This document shows positions 59,681-64,000 of a stretch of DNA of 64,000 bases, one piece after another. The notes under the pieces were generated by a model that had not been told where the DNA came from, did no database searches, and saw nothing but the letters and a program-made list of their open reading frames with translations. Source of the stretch: Magallana gigas (Eukaryota); the NCBI RefSeq assembly GCF_963853765.1, contig NC_088856.1, forward strand, positions 1,116,001 through 1,180,000. Reading direction: 5' to 3'. Each line of letters opens with the position of its first letter. Within the stretch, counting starts at the first letter, position 1. The translations under genes were made by a program, and so were the position numbers.

Positions 59681-62600
59681 TCATTTCCTGACAACTGTCA
59701 CACCCGCATCACATCGGTGGGTCGTCATGGCAATATCCAGAATTTCCCAGTTCCCAGTGGTGGGGTCGAATTTTTCAATGGTGTTTAGAAGTGTGTTCCC
59801 ATCGTACCTAAACAGATAAGAAGATCAAAAGTCCTCAATAATGACAGGTAATTGCCAAGGTAATTGGGATTAAGATGATTTCCTATGACAAAGTCTTCCA
59901 GAAAATGGCATTAAAAAATTCTTATGCATGATTTACCAAAACCTTTGGCAGGCAATCTCTCTATTAGTAAGTTACCTTCAGTAACTTGCCCTGCCAAAAC
60001 ATACAGGTAACCCCCCAATAAGTAATTTAAATGTACCCTACCACATCAGCAACATACCCTGCCACCAGGTAACCCCTCAGTAACTTACTTACATGTACCC
60101 TACCACCACATACAGGCAACCCCTCAGTAACTTACCCTACCACCACATACAGGTAACCCCTCAGTAACTTACCCTACCACCACATACAGGTAACCCCTCA
60201 GTAACTTACCCTGCCACCACATACAGGTAACCCCTCAATAACTTACCCTACCACCACATACAGGTAACCCCTCAATAACTTACCCTACCACCACATACAG
60301 GTAACCCCTCAATAACTTACCCTACCACCACATACAGGTAACCCCTCAATAACTTACCCTGCCACCACATACAGGTAACCCCTCAGTAACTTACCCTACC
60401 ACCACATACAGGTAACCCCTCAATAACTTACCCTACCACCACATACAGGTAACCCCTCAATAACTTACCCTACCACCACATACAAGTAACCCCTCAATAA
60501 CTTACCCTGCCACCACATACAGGTAACCCCTCAGTAACTTACCCTACCACCATATACAGGTAACCCCTCAATAACTTACCCTACCACCACATACAGGTAA
60601 CCCCTCAATAACTTACCCTACCACCACATACAGGTAACCCCTCAATAACTTACCCTGCCACCACATACAGGTAACCCCTCAGTACACAAGCCCCCACATA
60701 GCACCGCGGCACCACCATATTCTGTAACTGTGTCCAGTGCTGTGTGTGAATATTGAAACACTCCACACTGGCTAGGTGGTCTGTACCGTCATATCCCCCG
60801 CACACATAAATTAGGTCATTGGTCACCGCTACACCAGCTCCTACAACACCCAAAAATCAATTTTGTTATTGTCATGACAACACTAGCTCCTACAACAGGC
60901 AAAAATTATTCAGTTATTGTCATGAAAAAAACAAGCCCAAACAACGTGTAAAATTAACCAAGTTAATGTTTTTACAACATCAGATTTTAGTGACCATGAC
61001 TCAAATAAACATTTTGAAAACCCCTTTGTTCCGATGAGCAGATAAATACTAAAAATAACCAAAAAGAAGACACCCAGTAAGCTGAAGAGTAGAGAGCTGA
61101 TATCTGTCTAGTTTTAATGTACATGTATAGGAGTGTGTAAGGCTGTGCTTGGTTGTGTCTATTTTTTCAAGGTGTGCTGTGGTGTCTACATCTTTTTGGG
61201 TTTGTCAAAGTGTGTCTGGATTTGCCTTAGTTTGTCAAGGTGTTTCTCTGTGTGTCTATGCTGCTTTAGTGTGCCTCAGCATGTTTGTGTGTCTGGGTAT
61301 TTGTACATGTCAGTGTATTAAGTAGTGTGTCTGAATTGTATGGGTATGTTTGGGTATGCCTGGATGTACTGTATCTTGGTTTGCCTTGGTGGGTAGAGCT
61401 GTGCCTGGGTTTGTCTACATACCTGACCGTCGGGTGGTCATTGGTGTGATGGTCTGGGTATGTCTGGGTGTGTCTGGATGTACGGTGTGTAGAGCTATGC
61501 CTTGGTGTGTAGAGCTGTGCCTTGGTTTGTCTGAATATGTAGAGCTGTGCCTAGGTTTGTCTGAATACCTAACTGCCGGATGGTCATTGGTGTGATGGTA
61601 TGGGCATGTATTGGTATGTTTGGGTATGTATTGGTATGTTTGGGTGTACTGTATCTTGGTTTGCCTTGGTGTGTACTACACAGTGTAAAGCTGTGCCTAG
61701 GATTGAGTACCTGATCGTCTGGTGGTCATTGGTGTGATGGTCTGGGTATGTATGGGTGTGTCTGGATGTACGGTGTGTAGAGCTATGCCTTGGTGTGTAG
61801 AACTGAGCCTGAGTTTGTCTGCGTACCTGATCTTCGAGTGGTCATTGGTGTGATGGTCTCCCACTGCTCTGTTAGAGGACAGTATCTCTCGGCCGAGTCC
61901 AGAAGATTGATTCCATCGTACCCTCCAATACAGTATATCTTCTCCCCCGCCACTACCAGCCCTGCTCCCTCCCTACCCACCGCCATTCCACTGAGGGTGG
62001 TCCAGTGATCGTCTTTGGGGGTGTAACGCTCCATGCTGGTGTGACGGCTGTATCCATCAAAACCCCCACACACAAAAATCTCACCTGAATAACATTAAAC
62101 AGGATTCTCACATCATCTATGTCACTCAAAATACATAGCTGTGTTAATACAAAGTACACTGTAGCATGCATTAGTGTAAAATATTAAAATCTTATAACAC
62201 TGCATAAATCTAATCTTACTATGCTTACTCCCTCACTGTGGGTATATTCCCTGACTTAATTAACCAACTTTACTTACTGACCTTTATATACACATACTCC
62301 AGCCAGCCCCCTCCTCTGTGACATGGGAGCCACATGTTGCCACGCTGGCTCCTCCTCAGATAAATCTAGACACTCCACTGTACAGAGCCGTGATTGGCCG
62401 TCGTATCCACCAATCACATACACCCTACCATCGACTGAAGCTGCAGCCACATACCTCCGACGCTTTGACAGGTTCTATGCACAAAAAAGAGAAATTGAGT
62501 CAGTTATGTTTTATAAATAAGACAGGCCTAAACACTGGTATATTCAGTATATCAGTCCACTATTTGGCACTTACTTAATTTCATGCTGATCAAGCACATC

Positions 62601-63763
62601 AGTTGTATTTTATTTAGGGTGTTGTTCTTAATAATTAGCTTGGTCTCCCTCTCCCCAGCCCCTACCCCCTCTGGCCTCATTGTATTTACAGCTTGGTATC
62701 TCCTGCCCCTACCCCCTCATTGTACATGTATCTACAGCTTGGTCTCCCCGTTCCCTGCCCACCCCCCTCCTCACTTACCGGCAGCCTGCTCCAGGTTTGG
62801 TGTTTGGGGTCAAACTTCTCCACCGTATCCACCATGTTCTGGTGTGATCCAAATCCTCCCAACACGACTAGCAGATCGTCAGTACCTGTGCAAGATAGAT
62901 TTATTGCTTAACAAAGAAATATATGGTATTGATAGAAATAAATTCTGCATTCTAACCTCTGAATTGTGTCACAATAATCTCCTTCAAAGTATACAGGAGA
63001 AATCCATATCCCTATCTTAGGAATATATTAAAACAAAGGTACCACTAAGATTTCATTTTACCATCTACGGATCCTGTAGGACATCTATATCAACAGTGAC
63101 CTACTGAATTCATTTCAACATTTCCTATCATACTTGTACATCAAGAACCACTCTTTACTCACCGACCCTAGGTGCCATTCGTGGTCCGTGCATTTCTGTG
63201 CGGAGGTCTGGACGAAGGTGAAACCTCTTGGCTTCATCCACGAGATCTCGGCAGGCGTGGCATTGTCTAATGAGGGGCTGTCAATCAAATGAAATACATT
63301 TATACTGGTGGAAAAGAGAACAGAGGGACCCTAGTCAATTAAGATATAAGATGTAACAGAAAAATACAGTTTTATCAAGAAATATCTGATGTTGCAAAGA
63401 AATAGCTGTAGCTGTGAATATAGGTGCAATGGTTTTCAGTCCGAAACTAGCACAAGTTTTTGTGTGATGTAAATTGCAACTTTTTAACATGTAAGAAACT
63501 TAAGCTTCCAGGTCGCCCATCCAAATCTTTTTCAGATCGAGAGCAACAGACCTACAGGTAACTGGAAAAGCTAGAAATGTGACTGCTACTAAAGCAACCA
63601 ACAGTTTCCCTACCTCCTTATCTAAAACATCAGTGATGTATTTAGCGGACAGTAGAGGTAGGCGGACATGTTGTAGTAACCGTGGTAACTGGGACTTCCT
63701 CTCCTCCGGGTCATACTTGACCCAGTCCACCACTGCTTCATAGACCGGCTCCTCAGAGTTCAC
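59681..63763 (-). CDS. KLHL12: Kelch-like protein 12, 3' part (end of BACK domain + six Kelch repeats); 5' exons lie beyond the window
   Basis: Exons 63763-63614, 63277-63163, 62885-62779, 62474-62282, 62084-61827, 60840-60654, 59807-59681, with consistent phases. Peptides [57 protein letters not shown] and [11 protein letters not shown] follow KLHL12. Confidence 0.92.
60100..60690. repeat. 37-bp VNTR made of a KLHL12 exon end plus its splice donor (14 intronic units plus the real exon end)
   Basis: The CTTACC motif recurs every 37 bp from 60131 to 60649, with degenerate units back to about 59960. Confidence 0.95.
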
Positions 63764-64000
63764 CTACAAAACAGACAATAAACCTCCTTAGAGTTCACCT
63801 ACAAGACAGATATTAAATCTCCTCAGAGATATAAAACTTCCTCAGAGTTCACCTACAAAACAGATATTAAATTGTATACCAGGGTACTGTACATAAAAAA
63901 TTACAAACTTAATGCCTCAACTATTTGTATTTTTTATCTGCTTGCAAGATCTTCCCAGGTATACCCCTATCTCTTACTTTTTGATATGTACATGAAATTC

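Overview
AT-rich, intron-containing animal DNA, most likely an oyster (Crassostrea/Magallana). This is inferred from a molluscan FaNaC channel and a 166-bp HindIII-site satellite carried in a Helentron-type element. Five protein-coding genes could be rebuilt by hand with consistent splice sites and phases. They are an IFI44-like gene (+, 6 exons), INTS13/asunder (-, 17 coding exons over 48 kb), a FaNaC gene (+, uninterrupted CDS) nested antisense in the 32.8-kb intron 4 of INTS13, EFCAB10 (+, head-to-head with INTS13), and the 3' part of KLHL12 (-). Introns hold many non-autonomous DNA elements and mini/microsatellites. Two patterns stand out. (1) At eight splice junctions in three genes the exon edge plus splice site is tandemly re-copied into the intron ('splice-site echoes'), up to 14 intact donor copies in KLHL12. 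(2) Two long-hairpin elements have stem mismatches that are largely tandem G.A pairs, which should fold well on only one DNA strand. All alignments and counts were done by eye; no database search was run.
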